Shown one piece after another: positions 50,352 through 60,778 of a stretch of 64,000 nt of DNA. Positions within the stretch are counted from its first letter, which is position 1. Every line of letters begins with the position of its first letter. This stretch comes from a candidate division WOR-3 bacterium (lineage in GTDB: Bacteria; Hydrothermota; Hydrothermia; JBDRYB01). The notes beneath the pieces are model-generated. The model saw only the letters and a list, made by a program, of their open reading frames with translations, was not told where the DNA came from and made no database searches. The translations under genes and the position numbers were made by a program. The stretch is from positions 1 to 64,000 of the forward strand of contig JBDRYB010000002.1 in NCBI GenBank assembly GCA_039803205.1. Reading direction: 5' to 3'.

Positions 50352-50461
50352 GCTTTATTTTCAGAATTATAAAATATAAATTGGGATACCTGGAAACAAC
50401 TTGTATCAAGGCTTCTTTGTCAAACCGAGATTCCCGTGGTTCCGGTGGGGATCAGCCTTGC

Positions 50462-50995
50462 CTATGTCTCCACCAAAACTATCTCGTCCCTGCCATCGGT
50501 TTCCTTGAACCTGACCTCAACTGCCTCGTGCCCGAGGGTTTTGACCTGGAAGCCCGTGTAGTCCGGGCATATCGGCAGTTCCCGCCAACCCCTGTCAACA
50601 AGAACGCAGAGCCTCAGGGCTGAGAATCGCCCGTAGTCCAAGAGCTCATCAATGGCGGCCCGGACGGTTCTCCCCGTGTAAAGCACATCATCGCAGAGGA
50701 TAACGGTCTTGCCCTCTATTTGAAAGGGTATGTGCGAGCCCTTGACCATAGGGGCTTCGGCTATACGGCTGAGATCATCTCGGTAGAATGTTATGTCCAG
50801 AGAACCGACCCTGAGGGAATTGCCGGTTTTCTGCTCAAGTATGGCGGCTATGCGCTCCGCGAGAGGAACCCCTCTGGCCTTTATCCCGATGAGGACCGCG
50901 TTGGCCAGGTCCTCGCGCTCAGCTATCTCGGACGCCAGGCGCTCTATTGTCCTCTGCATTCCTGCCTCATCCGTTATCATCCTGGAGACCGTCAT
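50462..50995 (-). CDS. pyrR: Pyrimidine regulator / uracil phosphoribosyltransferase
   Basis: RGVPLA, LDITFYRDD, DDVLYTGRT, DRGWRELPI. Confidence 0.95.
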   Translation of the reverse strand: MTVSRMITDEAGMQRTIERLASEIAEREDLANAVLIGIKARGVPLAERIAAILEQKTGNSLRVGSLDITFYRDDLSRIAEAPMVKGSHIPFQIEGKTVILCDDVLYTGRTVRAAIDELLDYGRFSALRLCVLVDRGWRELPICPDYTGFQVKTLGHEAVEVRFKETDGRDEIVLVET

Positions 50996-51040
50996 GGACA
51001 AATTATAATGGTTATTCGCTCCTCGTTGCCGCCTTTTATA

Positions 51041-51721
51041 TCACAACAGGCATCCGAAAATGAGGAACAATCCCCCTATTACACTGAGAGCGATAAGGCA
51101 ATTGGAGACAAAATCGCCCTCCCCTATGGGTGTTTCATACATGAAGAGCTCAGCGCAGGGATCGGTCTTTTCCCGGTATGCAACAGGAGGCAGTTCAACC
51201 GGGGAGAGCTTTATCCGCATGGTATCCGTCGCGACCCCGGCCGCGCTTATCCTGCCTTCGTGAGCTATGTGGCCTGTCTTGTATGCCTTGAGCGGATACT
51301 CCTTTCCAAGCTCAAAACCCCTTATGGTGAGAGGGGACTTACCATGCAGGGTTGAGCCTATATAGATGCTCGCGCCCGGAGGGTCAGTTATGATGGTGAT
51401 GGAGCCGACAGGCTTTCCCCACTCTGCAATTGCGAGAGCGACCGCGGCAATATCTCCGAGGACATCCCGTAAGGCCTCCGTTTTGTCCTTGCTCACAGCA
51501 TACTGGGAGGAGGCAGTGCCGCCTCCTCTTAGGGTGTATTCTACGGATATGTAATATGACCCTATGGCCTCTGCTACCCTAAGCTCTATCCTCACATCCG
51601 GGGTATCGGATCTGACGAAACCCCTTGCTTCAAGGGCAATCCACAGGGCTTTTGCCGCATCCTCTGAGCCCTTATCAGCCGAAACCGCGGCCGAATATGC
51701 CAGAACTGCAAGAGCGAGCAT
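51041..51721 (-). CDS. PEGA-domain protein
   Basis: GSITIITDPPGASIYI...GKSPL; signal peptide and C-terminal TM. Confidence 0.8.
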   Translation of the reverse strand: MLALAVLAYSAAVSADKGSEDAAKALWIALEARGFVRSDTPDVRIELRVAEAIGSYYISVEYTLRGGGTASSQYAVSKDKTEALRDVLGDIAAVALAIAEWGKPVGSITIITDPPGASIYIGSTLHGKSPLTIRGFELGKEYPLKAYKTGHIAHEGRISAAGVATDTMRIKLSPVELPPVAYREKTDPCAELFMYETPIGEGDFVSNCLIALSVIGGLFLIFGCLL

Positions 51722-51722
51722 C

Positions 51723-52676
51723 TCACCACTCCTGAGGCACGAAGAAACGAGTCAACGCGTCCCATGTGAAGAGGAAGTGGAGGTTGGAATAGACCATCAT
51801 ATCAGCGATAGCAGGGGTAGGGTTGTCCACTTCCCCAGCGTAGAAAAGCCCAGCATCTATACACCAGTTGGGGGTAAAGAAGTATCTGACCCCTCCAAGG
51901 AGGGCATAGACAGCCTCAAGGCTAGCTGAGCTCGTGTCCGTTGGGAAGCAAACCTTAGGGACGAGCTGGCCCTCAAAGACCATGGCCGTGTTGTTAGCCA
52001 TGAACTTCTGAAGCCCTATGGTTCCGCCATAGAATATTACCTGCGTGAGGCTGCTGTCCTTGGCATAAGCGGTATCCCTTTCAACAGTCATTATCCTGTA
52101 ATCCGAGACAGATCCGCCGAGGTGAACGCTCCAACTACCCATGTCCCTTCCCATTACGCCGTAAAGGAACCCATATTTGACGCCATATTTGTTCCCACCT
52201 GCTTGGAAAGAGTAGTGATACCCAGGGGTTGTCCTGAGCTCAAGAGCGGTGAATACAGGGACTTTCTTGGTTTGGCGGCTCAGTTGGAGCTTGAAGGATG
52301 TGGTGGGTGCCACTATTGAGCCAGTGGAAAGGTTCGTAAGGACACCAGCTATCATGAATCTGCCCTCAACAACATCCCCAAGGCCAAGTCCGAGGACGCC
52401 CTGGAATATGCCCGCCTCCTGGAATGCCTCCGCGGATCCGAGGGATACCCCTCCATTCAGCCAGAATGTCCTGGAAGGAAGGACCTTCGCTGTTGGCACC
52501 GTGAAGCATCTGGTTGGCATGAGGTAGTCTTGAGGCCAGATTTTTAGTGAGTTTATCGGCTTGGCCGCATTTTTTGGTATCACGGAAGCTGTCTCTGGTT
52601 TCTCCTCCGTCACTGAGAGCTTGACCTCAGGGATGCTAGTCTGGGAAATGACCGCAAAAGAAAGGCAATAAAACAT
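51723..52676 (-). CDS. Hypothetical exported, probable beta-barrel protein
   Basis: SD AAGGAGG; PTAKVL, alternating strands, GGVRYFF. Confidence 0.6.
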   Translation of the reverse strand: MFYCLSFAVISQTSIPEVKLSVTEEKPETASVIPKNAAKPINSLKIWPQDYLMPTRCFTVPTAKVLPSRTFWLNGGVSLGSAEAFQEAGIFQGVLGLGLGDVVEGRFMIAGVLTNLSTGSIVAPTTSFKLQLSRQTKKVPVFTALELRTTPGYHYSFQAGGNKYGVKYGFLYGVMGRDMGSWSVHLGGSVSDYRIMTVERDTAYAKDSSLTQVIFYGGTIGLQKFMANNTAMVFEGQLVPKVCFPTDTSSASLEAVYALLGGVRYFFTPNWCIDAGLFYAGEVDNPTPAIADMMVYSNLHFLFTWDALTRFFVPQEW

Positions 52677-52746
52677 CTTAACCTCCTTGCCGGAAAGTAT
52701 AAACCATTCGGGAGAAGGCGCGCAAGCTTTCAGTGAGAGATATAAA

Positions 52747-52775
52747 CCCCAGGGAGCCGCTGGGGCTCCCTGGGG
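52747..52775 (-). terminator. Intrinsic terminator of the ferredoxin gene
   Basis: 12-bp perfect stem CCCCAGGGAGCC/GGCTCCCTGGGG followed by TTTAT on the minus strand. Confidence 0.75.
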
Positions 52776-52806
52776 CAGGAGGGGGTGGTGGGTGTGGGGG
52801 AAGGTG

Positions 52807-53022
52807 TTATTCTACCTCTTCAACGAAGATGCAAGCTCCCGGGCACTCGTCAACCATACGCTTTGCCTGGGATATGAGGTTATCGTCAGTAAGCATCTCC
52901 ATGCCCGGTTTAACAAAGGCCAGCCCTTCGTCGTCCATCTCAAAAACCTGAGGCACCTCGTCAGCGCATATCGCGTCTCCGGTGCACAGGTCTCTATCTA
53001 TCCATACTTTCACCTTTGCCAT
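52807..53022 (-). CDS. Monocluster ferredoxin with CxxDxxC...CP motif
   Basis: CTGDAIC, PQVFEMDDEG, ECPGACI; own -10 box and SD. Confidence 0.92.
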   Translation of the reverse strand: MAKVKVWIDRDLCTGDAICADEVPQVFEMDDEGLAFVKPGMEMLTDDNLISQAKRMVDECPGACIFVEEVE

Positions 53023-53098
53023 CTTTCACAGCCTCCTAAGACTCATCGTAAGGTAGAAGATTATAAAGCAATTCGCGTGGCAGTGCAAGCTCCCCGCC

Positions 53099-54007
53099 TC
53101 AATCCCTCTTGCCCTTGAACAGAGCTCTTATCACATACCCGAGCATGTCCGGGTTTTCCTTGAAGCGCCTTATCACATAGGGTTTCCAGTCCCTTCCGAA
53201 AGGAACATAGAGCCTGAGCCTGTGGCCCTCTTTGACCAGGATGTCCCTGAGGCGCTCTTTTACCCCGTATAGCATCTGAAACTCGTATTGCTCCCGGCTC
53301 AGGTTGAACTTGTGGATTATAGCGAGCGCTTCCCATATCATCCTCTCGTTGTGGGTCGCGAAGGCCGGGTATCCTCCCGATGAAACGAGCGTCCTTGCAA
53401 CCAAGCCGAAGTTCCTGTGAACCACATAGCTGTCCTGAAAGGCAACCTCCGGTGGTTCCTTGTATATCCCCTTGCATATCCGGACCACGGGCCTCCACCT
53501 CGCCATGCGCTTCATATCAGAGACAGCCCTTCGGAGCATGGTTTGGCTCACCCATCCCACATTCTCATAGCCCTCTGACCTGAGGCGCTCGTATATCTCA
53601 AGCGTAGCGTCAACCGTGGATGAATCCTCCATGTCCATGCACACGAAGCGACCGAATCCCGAAGCGGCCTGGACGATCTCCTTGATGTTTCCGTAGCAGA
53701 ACTCCTTGCTTATGAGCAGGCCAAAGTGCGTTGGCTTTATGGAGATATCAGCTTGCAACCGCTCCTCAGAGAGCCTTTCCAGAACGCGCTTGTAGGTCTT
53801 CACGACCTCCATCACCTTGCGCTCATCGGTAAGGCTTTCGCCGAGAAGGTCAACGGTGGCGAGGATACCCCTCGCGTTCAGCTCCTTTATGACCCGAACA
53901 GCGTCCGAGAGGTCTGGGCCGGCTATGTATCTCCTGGCAAAGAGGAAGAGTATGGGTTTGGGCGTTATCCTGAGACAAGATATAATCAGGCTGTTTATTG
54001 GGTTCAT
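53099..54007 (-). CDS. Monofunctional proline dehydrogenase
   Basis: RYIAG, DLLGE, DMED, RICKGIY, FATH, EFQMLYG, YVPFG. Confidence 0.92.
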   Translation of the reverse strand: MNPINSLIISCLRITPKPILFLFARRYIAGPDLSDAVRVIKELNARGILATVDLLGESLTDERKVMEVVKTYKRVLERLSEERLQADISIKPTHFGLLISKEFCYGNIKEIVQAASGFGRFVCMDMEDSSTVDATLEIYERLRSEGYENVGWVSQTMLRRAVSDMKRMARWRPVVRICKGIYKEPPEVAFQDSYVVHRNFGLVARTLVSSGGYPAFATHNERMIWEALAIIHKFNLSREQYEFQMLYGVKERLRDILVKEGHRLRLYVPFGRDWKPYVIRRFKENPDMLGYVIRALFKGKRD

Positions 54008-55155
54008 TTTCCGGGCTCTTTCTCAGCCCCCTCACCCGGTTTTTCCTTTTCCACTACCACCTCTTCTAATGCCTCTGGCCTCTGAGCTAGGAGGTCAATG
54101 TCGTCCTTCTTCTTGTAGAGGACGATGTATATGAGGGTCTGGCCTGACCAGCACATCGCGCCCAGATACGAGAGGAGGATGAATAGGATTATGTAATAAA
54201 CAACCCCTAGAGCGGTTCCGGCGGCTATCGTTGCCTTCGCGGTGGCCGCATGGCCTGTGAGAGCGAAGAACTTTGAAAGGCTCACCGCGTCCATGAACCT
54301 CAGACTCCAGATGGAAAGCGAGAAGCAGTCAACGAAGCGCACCGCGACATCATGGGCGAAAAGCGCCTGCGGATAACCGAACCCCATGGCCCAAAATGTC
54401 AGCTTAGCGGACCATGTGAGGAAGAACCCGAATATAATCAGGGCTACTGCCTTCACGATTAGGAGGATCACCTGATACACGATAAAGCGCCAGTTCTGCT
54501 CGTTCAGGATAGAGAAGGTTTCAAAAAGAGCATCAAATGTGTCGGCCTGGGTGGTGGCGACAGCAGGGGCTACGACGAAAAGCGAGACCGCGAAACCTAT
54601 CATCACATAGATTATGAAAAGGGACACGAAGAGGAAGAACAGAAAGAGTATCGCGTCAATTACCCCGCCGGCCGCTGGTATCCTGCCCAGGTAGAAAACC
54701 CCAACCTCTATCCCCAAAAGAACCAACGAGAGGACCAGGAGGGTCAAGGGGGCGAGGACAGTTGCTTTTCCCTTCCGGAGCGCGAGCTTCATGGCCTTTG
54801 ATACCTCATACAGCTCGTCTCCCTTGAACTGCTCATAGGCTATCTTGGATATGGCGACGCCCGTGAAGAGCTGAACCACACCGAAGAGCACTACGCCGAG
54901 CCACCACACTATCTGGGACTTCAGGCCGAAAACGAGATATTCTCCTGTGAGAACGGGAATGGGCAAGAGGTGGTAAAACCTCCAAATATCATAGGGTTTG
55001 AACCCAGCCATGCTGTAAGCCAGATATGTCAGGGGCACATACAGGATAAGCCCTATGATTATGCCCAGAAACTGCACCCACATCTTCTTCACTGAGAGGC
55101 CGCATCTGGGGGCTCTCAGGACATCCTTGAAATTGAAGTGGAGCTTTATGTGCAT
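54004..55155 (-). CDS. Hypothetical polytopic membrane protein
   Basis: Six or more TM segments; coupled to both neighbours. Confidence 0.7.
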   Translation of the reverse strand: MHIKLHFNFKDVLRAPRCGLSVKKMWVQFLGIIIGLILYVPLTYLAYSMAGFKPYDIWRFYHLLPIPVLTGEYLVFGLKSQIVWWLGVVLFGVVQLFTGVAISKIAYEQFKGDELYEVSKAMKLALRKGKATVLAPLTLLVLSLVLLGIEVGVFYLGRIPAAGGVIDAILFLFFLFVSLFIIYVMIGFAVSLFVVAPAVATTQADTFDALFETFSILNEQNWRFIVYQVILLIVKAVALIIFGFFLTWSAKLTFWAMGFGYPQALFAHDVAVRFVDCFSLSIWSLRFMDAVSLSKFFALTGHAATAKATIAAGTALGVVYYIILFILLSYLGAMCWSGQTLIYIVLYKKKDDIDLLAQRPEALEEVVVEKEKPGEGAEKEPGK

Positions 55156-56456
55156 GGAAAAACCTCCTTTATCTTCTCGTCTATGAAGGCTTCGGCTTCG
55201 TCTATATCATTTTGGGAGATGGTCAGGACCTTGCCATCCTCAACCAAGACCTCTCCGCCAACGACGACCCAGACCACATCCTCTCCTGAGGCCGAATATA
55301 CCACATGGGATTCCGGGGAGCGGAGTGGTCTCAAGTGGGGCTTTCTCCCATCAATGACGATGAAATCAGCGAGCTTGCCAGGGGTCAGTGAGCCTATCCT
55401 CTCCCCGAGGCCGAGGGTCTCAGCGCCCCCTGAGGTCGCCATCCTTATGACATCCGCGGCCCTGACCGCGGTCGGGTCGCAGGTTTGCACTTTGTGTATG
55501 AGAGCGCATGTTCTCATCTCATCAAACATATCAAGGTTGTTGTTTGAGGCCGCACCATCGGTCCCAAGCCCAAGTCTGACACCCTGGGCCATGTATCCGG
55601 GGACAGGGGCAATCCCTGAGGCGAGCTTGCAGTTTGACTGCGGGCAGTGAACTATTCCGGCTCCTCTCTTGGCGAGAATGTCCCTATCTCGCTTGTCAAC
55701 CCATACGCCGTGGGCCCCAACGAACCAAGGCCCCAGGACCCCCAGTTCATCCAAAAACCTCACGGGGGTTGTGCCCTTTGATCTTCCAATATCATCAAGC
55801 TCAGTTCTCGTCTCTGAGAGGTGCATGTGCAGGATTACCCCGAATTCTTTGGCCATCTCCGCGCCAGCCTTTATCAAGCTCTCTGAACAAGAGTAGGGCG
55901 CGTGAAGCCCTACACCTGGATAGACGCGGTCGTCCCCCTTCCAGCGCTCTATGAAGCCACGGGTTCTCTCAAGGCCCTCTTCTGGAGTCCTGGCTGAGGG
56001 GGTAGGGTAGTCAATAACCCCTTCCGTGAGGACTGCCCTCATGCCCGCTTTCTTTACCTCCTCGGCCAAAACTTCCTCAAAGAAATACATGTCCACGAAA
56101 AGGGTTGTTCCCGTTCTGAGCATCTCAGAAATGGCTATCTTGGCCGCGTGTCTTATGAAATCCTCTGAGACTATTGCCCTCTCAGCTGGCCAGATGTAAT
56201 CCCCCAACCACTCCGAAAGGGGAAGATCATCAGCGAGGCCCCGGAACCCGACCATCGCGGCGTGCGTATGCGCGTTTATGAGACCGGGCATGATTATCCC
56301 CATCGGGAATTCAAATGTTTCTCCATCGTATTTCTTGATGAGCTCGGGGGCAATTCCGACATCCGCTATCCTTTCACCCTCAGTAATGAGAGCGCCATCC
56401 TCAATGGTCCCTAATTCCGGATCAGAGGTTATAACCCAACGGGCACGCCAGAGCAT
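55146..56456 (-). CDS. mtaD: Amidohydrolase, MTA/SAH deaminase-like
   Basis: PGLINAHTH, RGLADD, HAPY, HMHLSET, GTDGAASNN. Confidence 0.85.
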   Translation of the reverse strand: MLWRARWVITSDPELGTIEDGALITEGERIADVGIAPELIKKYDGETFEFPMGIIMPGLINAHTHAAMVGFRGLADDLPLSEWLGDYIWPAERAIVSEDFIRHAAKIAISEMLRTGTTLFVDMYFFEEVLAEEVKKAGMRAVLTEGVIDYPTPSARTPEEGLERTRGFIERWKGDDRVYPGVGLHAPYSCSESLIKAGAEMAKEFGVILHMHLSETRTELDDIGRSKGTTPVRFLDELGVLGPWFVGAHGVWVDKRDRDILAKRGAGIVHCPQSNCKLASGIAPVPGYMAQGVRLGLGTDGAASNNNLDMFDEMRTCALIHKVQTCDPTAVRAADVIRMATSGGAETLGLGERIGSLTPGKLADFIVIDGRKPHLRPLRSPESHVVYSASGEDVVWVVVGGEVLVEDGKVLTISQNDIDEAEAFIDEKIKEVFPCT

Positions 56457-56531
56457 TACCGCAAATATTAAAGCAAAGGCACGGCCACGGGCAAAGTGCG
56501 CGGCCTCAGCCACAGCCAGTATAATTTCCCT

Positions 56532-57806
56532 ATGCTTGACAGGGCTTATCTCAGGGAGCGTGAACCCGAGCTCCGAAACTCCCTCATAGCAAGAGGCTGG
56601 GATGAGAAGTTCCTGGATGAGATCCTTGCCCTTGATGAGAGGAGGAGAGCCTTAATAAGGGAGGCCGACGATCTGAGAGCGAGACGCAACGAGCTTTCCA
56701 GGGCTGTCGGGGAGATGAAGAAGCGAGGGGAGGATGCGGCTGAGATAATGGGGAGCGTGAGGAGGGTCTCGGAGCGCCTTGACGAGCTGGAAAGGCTGGA
56801 AAAGGAGGCCGAAGACGAGTTCGCGAGAGCCTGGCTCTCTCTCCCAAACATCCCCCACGAGAGCGTCCCAAGGGGCAAGGATGAGAGCGAGAACATCGTG
56901 GTGGCCGAATGGGGTGAAAAACCCAGGTTCTCATTCAAGCCAGCCGCTCACTGGGACCTTGGCCCTGCGCTCGGCATAATGGACTTTGAGGCTGCGGCGA
57001 GGCTATCCGGCTCCCGTTTCGTCCTCTTCAGGGGCGTGGGTTCAAGGCTCGTCAGGGCCCTCATGAATTTCTTCCTTGATGTCAACACAACCGAATACGG
57101 GTATACCGAGATATGGCCCCCTGCGCTCGTCAGGTCAGAAGCCGCGCTCGGCTCCGGCCACCTCCCGAAGTTCCGGGAGGAGATGTATTACACGGGGGAC
57201 GAGGATGGGCTTTACCTCATTCCCACAGCAGAACTCCCCCTCGCTAACCTTCACATGGGCCAAACCCTCCGGGAGGAGCAATTGCCCTTAAAATACACGG
57301 CTTATTCTCCCTGTTTCCGGCGTGAGGCCGGCAGCTACGGGAAGGATGTGAGGGGGATGATAAGGGTTCACCAGTTTGACAAGGTTGAGCTCTTCAGGTA
57401 TGTTTTGCCTGAGAATTCTTTCCAGGCCCTGGAGGAGATGCGGGCAGAGGCCGAGGGGCTTCTTCAGAGGCTATGCCTACCGTATAGGGTTGTTGAGCTA
57501 TGCACGGGGGACCTGGGTTTCGCTTCTGCCAAGACATACGACCTTGAGGTTTGGGCGCCCGGGATTGAGAGGTGGCTTGAGGTCTCATCAATAAGCAACA
57601 CAACGGATTTCCAGGCGAGAAGGTCTGGAACGAGGCTACGGAGAAAGGACGGGACCATGAGCTGGCCCCATACCCTGAACGGCTCAGGCCTTGCCTTCGC
57701 GAGAGTGATAGTTGCCATTCTTGAGAACTATCAGCTTGAGGGGGGCCTGGTCAGGGTTCCTGACGCGCTAGTGCCCTACATGGGAACCGATGTGATAGGG
57801 CCGTGA
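56532..57806 (+). CDS. serS: Serine--tRNA ligase
   Basis: LIPTAE, FRREAGSYG, RVHQFDKVE, HTLNGSGLA. Confidence 0.98.
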   Translation: MLDRAYLREREPELRNSLIARGWDEKFLDEILALDERRRALIREADDLRARRNELSRAVGEMKKRGEDAAEIMGSVRRVSERLDELERLEKEAEDEFARAWLSLPNIPHESVPRGKDESENIVVAEWGEKPRFSFKPAAHWDLGPALGIMDFEAAARLSGSRFVLFRGVGSRLVRALMNFFLDVNTTEYGYTEIWPPALVRSEAALGSGHLPKFREEMYYTGDEDGLYLIPTAELPLANLHMGQTLREEQLPLKYTAYSPCFRREAGSYGKDVRGMIRVHQFDKVELFRYVLPENSFQALEEMRAEAEGLLQRLCLPYRVVELCTGDLGFASAKTYDLEVWAPGIERWLEVSSISNTTDFQARRSGTRLRRKDGTMSWPHTLNGSGLAFARVIVAILENYQLEGGLVRVPDALVPYMGTDVIGP

Positions 57807-58785
57807 TGAGGACAAAAAAGATAATAATCCTTTTTTCGTTTTTCTCGGAATCCTGTGCTTTGGTATTGTAGGATACATGATCATAGAGGGCTGGGGGTTT
57901 CTTGATTCACTCTATCAAACTGTGATAACCATTTCAGCGGTTGGCTTTGAGGTTTATCCGCTTTCGGACGCCGGGAGGATATTTACCATAGTGTTATTGA
58001 TATTGGCGATAAGCTTCGTTGCTTATTCGGCGAGTCAATTTGTGAGCTTTATCGTGGAGGGGAGACTAAATGAGTTCTTCAGCAAAAGAAGGATGAAAAA
58101 GCTTCTGAGTGAGCTTAGGGATCACTTTATAGTTTGTGGCTACGGGAGAATGGGCGCGCTGGTCGCGAACAACTTGCGCTCAGAGGGCCAGTCCCTGGTG
58201 GTAATTGACGATGACCCCGAAATGGTTAGAAAGGCAACAGAAGAAGGATTCCTGGCCATAGAGGGGGATGCTACCCAGGAAGAGGTTCTCAAGCGCGCTG
58301 GAATAGAAAGGGCAAAAGCCGTTGCCGCGGTTCTCCGAGACGAACCGCAAAACCTCTATCTTACCATAACAGCTAAGGCCTTAAATCCCTCTGCTAGGGT
58401 AGTTGCCAAAGCCCTTACCGAGGAAGGAAAAGCCAGGCTTGAGAAGGTTGGAGCGGACACAGTTATCCTCATTTATAACATAGGAGGAGACAGGTTGTCT
58501 TTAGCGTTACTAAGACCGGAGGATCTTGATTTTGTGTATATTGCTCACGGGGCAGGTAAGCACATCGTAATAGGCGAGACAAGGCTTCCTCCAAATTGTA
58601 GGATCCTCGGGAAAACGGTTGGGAAGGCAGGACTGAAAGAGCAGTATGGAATAGACCTCCTTCTCATCAAGCGGGAAAACAATATAATCCTTCCGGGCCC
58701 TTCTGACACCCTTGCAGAAGGAGATGTGCTTTTTTTGATGGGCGAAAGAGAGCAGGTTATGAGGTTCTTAAGGGATAGGCTCTAA
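57806..58785 (+). CDS. MthK-like potassium channel with RCK/TrkA domains; apparent frameshift near the 5' end
   Basis: Pore helix DSLYQTVITI, CGYGRMG, GDAT, TrkA-C; ATG 57806 is one base out of frame across a T6 run. Confidence 0.8.
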
Positions 58786-59396
58786 CAACCCAGTTTCACC
58801 TCCACTATCTCCCCTCTCGGCTCTGTCTCCTGGAATATCTGGCCAGTGAATCGGAAAACCTTGCAATCAGGGTGCATCCATGTGTCCCGGGGCATCCCAG
58901 CCTTCATGCATGTATAACCCAGAAACTCATCAATCCCCCAGCCGTTCTCAACCGGAACCTGCGGTAGCAAGAGTCCAGCCCTCCCTGTTATGTATCTCAC
59001 GAGAAGGCCGTGGACCCCTATCTTTATCCCGTTTCTTATCTCATCTGGGGTATTGCCCGGAACGGGCTCAGGGGGGCTGAGCACCGTTAGTTCAACCACG
59101 AGGCTGTCCATTTCATCTTTTGAAACCGGGGTGAAACGGGGATCTTTGAAGGCCGCGGCAAGGGCCGCGTTCAGGACAGCGTCCAACAGGGGTAGAGATG
59201 GCTCAGGAAAACCTATACAGCCCCTCAGATTGTGATCCGGATGGGTTTTTAGGGTAACGAAAACCCCCCTCGGCTCCTTGAAGGCCAGCGGGAACCCCCC
59301 CTCCGGACCAAGAGCCTCACCTGAGAGCCTGGATTCTATTGCCTTTCTCGCAAGGCGAACCAAAATTTGGCCTTCCTCGGCCGAAAGGGAGTTCAT
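58782..59396 (-). CDS. AMMECR1-domain protein
   Basis: GVFVTL, LRGCIG, DPRF, GLLLPQV, CMKAG. Confidence 0.93.
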   Translation of the reverse strand: MNSLSAEEGQILVRLARKAIESRLSGEALGPEGGFPLAFKEPRGVFVTLKTHPDHNLRGCIGFPEPSLPLLDAVLNAALAAAFKDPRFTPVSKDEMDSLVVELTVLSPPEPVPGNTPDEIRNGIKIGVHGLLVRYITGRAGLLLPQVPVENGWGIDEFLGYTCMKAGMPRDTWMHPDCKVFRFTGQIFQETEPRGEIVEVKLGC

Positions 59397-59422
59397 GTCG
59401 CCCTCCTGGAACCTGGGATCCC

Positions 59423-60661
59423 TTATTTAGGCTTTACTTCCTTCCCTGTTCTTATCGGGGTTTCTGTTTGGGGGGTCTCTGCCTCAGGGGTCTCGGTGGC
59501 CTTAGCTGCGCTCTTGTATGGGGAGAGTATGAACTTCTTGTAGAAGGAGAACTTGGCCCCCTCCATCTTCACGACTACCGTTGCTTTTGCGGAGGGCTCA
59601 TACTGCTTTCCGAACTCTATCTTGCCGGTTGAGCCCTCATATGCAACGAACTGCATTTGGTCCCTGAGCCCTTCCCTTGTTATGCTCTGTGCCTTGGATA
59701 AGACATTATAGAGGACCATGTAAGCATCGTAACCGAGAGCGCTAAAGGATGAGGGGCTCTCAGAGTATCTGGCCGTGTATCTCTCCACAAACGGCTTTAT
59801 GCTGGGATCATCTGGAGAGAAATGCGTCACGAAGTAGCATGCTCCGGGAACATCACCAACCAGAGCAGGGAGTTTCCTTGAGTCCCAGCCATCGCCGCCT
59901 ATTATCGCCCCCTTGTAGCCAGCCTTTCTGAGAGCAACGATCGCCCGTGCCGCGTCCTCGTAATAGAGGGGCAGGAATATACCCGTTTTCTCCTGGGGAG
60001 CCTTGAAGGACTTGAGAATATCCTTGACGGTGTTCTCATCGCATATGGGTTCCCCTGGCTTGCGTATAACGGTCTTGGTTATCTTTATGCCAGCATCACC
60101 GGCAAACCCGCTGAAGTTGGAGGCAAGCTCCTCGCTGTATGGGTTGCCGTCAAGCTCGACTATGGCTACTTCTTCAAGTCCAAGGCCCTCAGGGCCAGCC
60201 AGGTGAGCCGCGGCCTGGCCTATGTGCTTGTTTGAGGCGCAGACGCGCCAGAGATAGTTGCTTCCCTCAATTACATTGTTGTATGTGGCCGAAGGTGTCA
60301 GGGTGGGGAGGGACATGGCGTTCACCGTTGCCTTTATGGCCAGGGCATCCGTACTGGTCACGGGGCCTATCACAGCAACCACGCCCTCTGCTTCCAGCTC
60401 CTTGAGTATAGCCTCAAGTTTGGAAGGATCGCCAGCATAGTCCTTCTCTATGATCTTTATGGTAGCGCCCTGGACCTTGTCTCCGGTCTCAGCTAGGCCC
60501 ATATATACGCCGTTCAGTATGTCCCTGGCGTAGCCGGAGAGCTCCCCTGATGCGCTCAGCGGGAGAAGGACTCCTATCTTCACCTCCTTGGGCTTCTGTG
60601 GGCAACCTATGCTCATGAGGCCCAGAACTCCCAACGCGGATATTCCTATCCTCTTCAACAT
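59423..60661 (-). CDS. Branched-chain amino acid ABC substrate-binding (LivJ/K-like) lipoprotein
   Basis: SIGC lipobox, KIGVLLPLS, GPVTS, TPSAT, GGDGWD, ALGYDA. Confidence 0.88.
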   Translation of the reverse strand: MLKRIGISALGVLGLMSIGCPQKPKEVKIGVLLPLSASGELSGYARDILNGVYMGLAETGDKVQGATIKIIEKDYAGDPSKLEAILKELEAEGVVAVIGPVTSTDALAIKATVNAMSLPTLTPSATYNNVIEGSNYLWRVCASNKHIGQAAAHLAGPEGLGLEEVAIVELDGNPYSEELASNFSGFAGDAGIKITKTVIRKPGEPICDENTVKDILKSFKAPQEKTGIFLPLYYEDAARAIVALRKAGYKGAIIGGDGWDSRKLPALVGDVPGACYFVTHFSPDDPSIKPFVERYTARYSESPSSFSALGYDAYMVLYNVLSKAQSITREGLRDQMQFVAYEGSTGKIEFGKQYEPSAKATVVVKMEGAKFSFYKKFILSPYKSAAKATETPEAETPQTETPIRTGKEVKPK

Positions 60662-60778
60662 GTTAAAACCTCCTCGTTTTTGGTTAAGGGGCAAATTATA
60701 GGGGCCTCATTCAAGGGGTTTCAAGATCATTGGCTAAGGAAGGGTATCCCATTAGGGACCGATTCCGGAAGATTTTCG

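Noticed and set aside
49021..50379. 452-aa plus-strand ORF
   Set aside because: Ser-rich antisense shadow of three real minus-strand genes; the same applies to 21690-22622 and the ORFs opposite rpsA and lon.
50996..51040. PyrR attenuator leader
   Set aside because: pyrR appears leaderless, no PyrR-binding loop motif was seen and no pyr genes follow.
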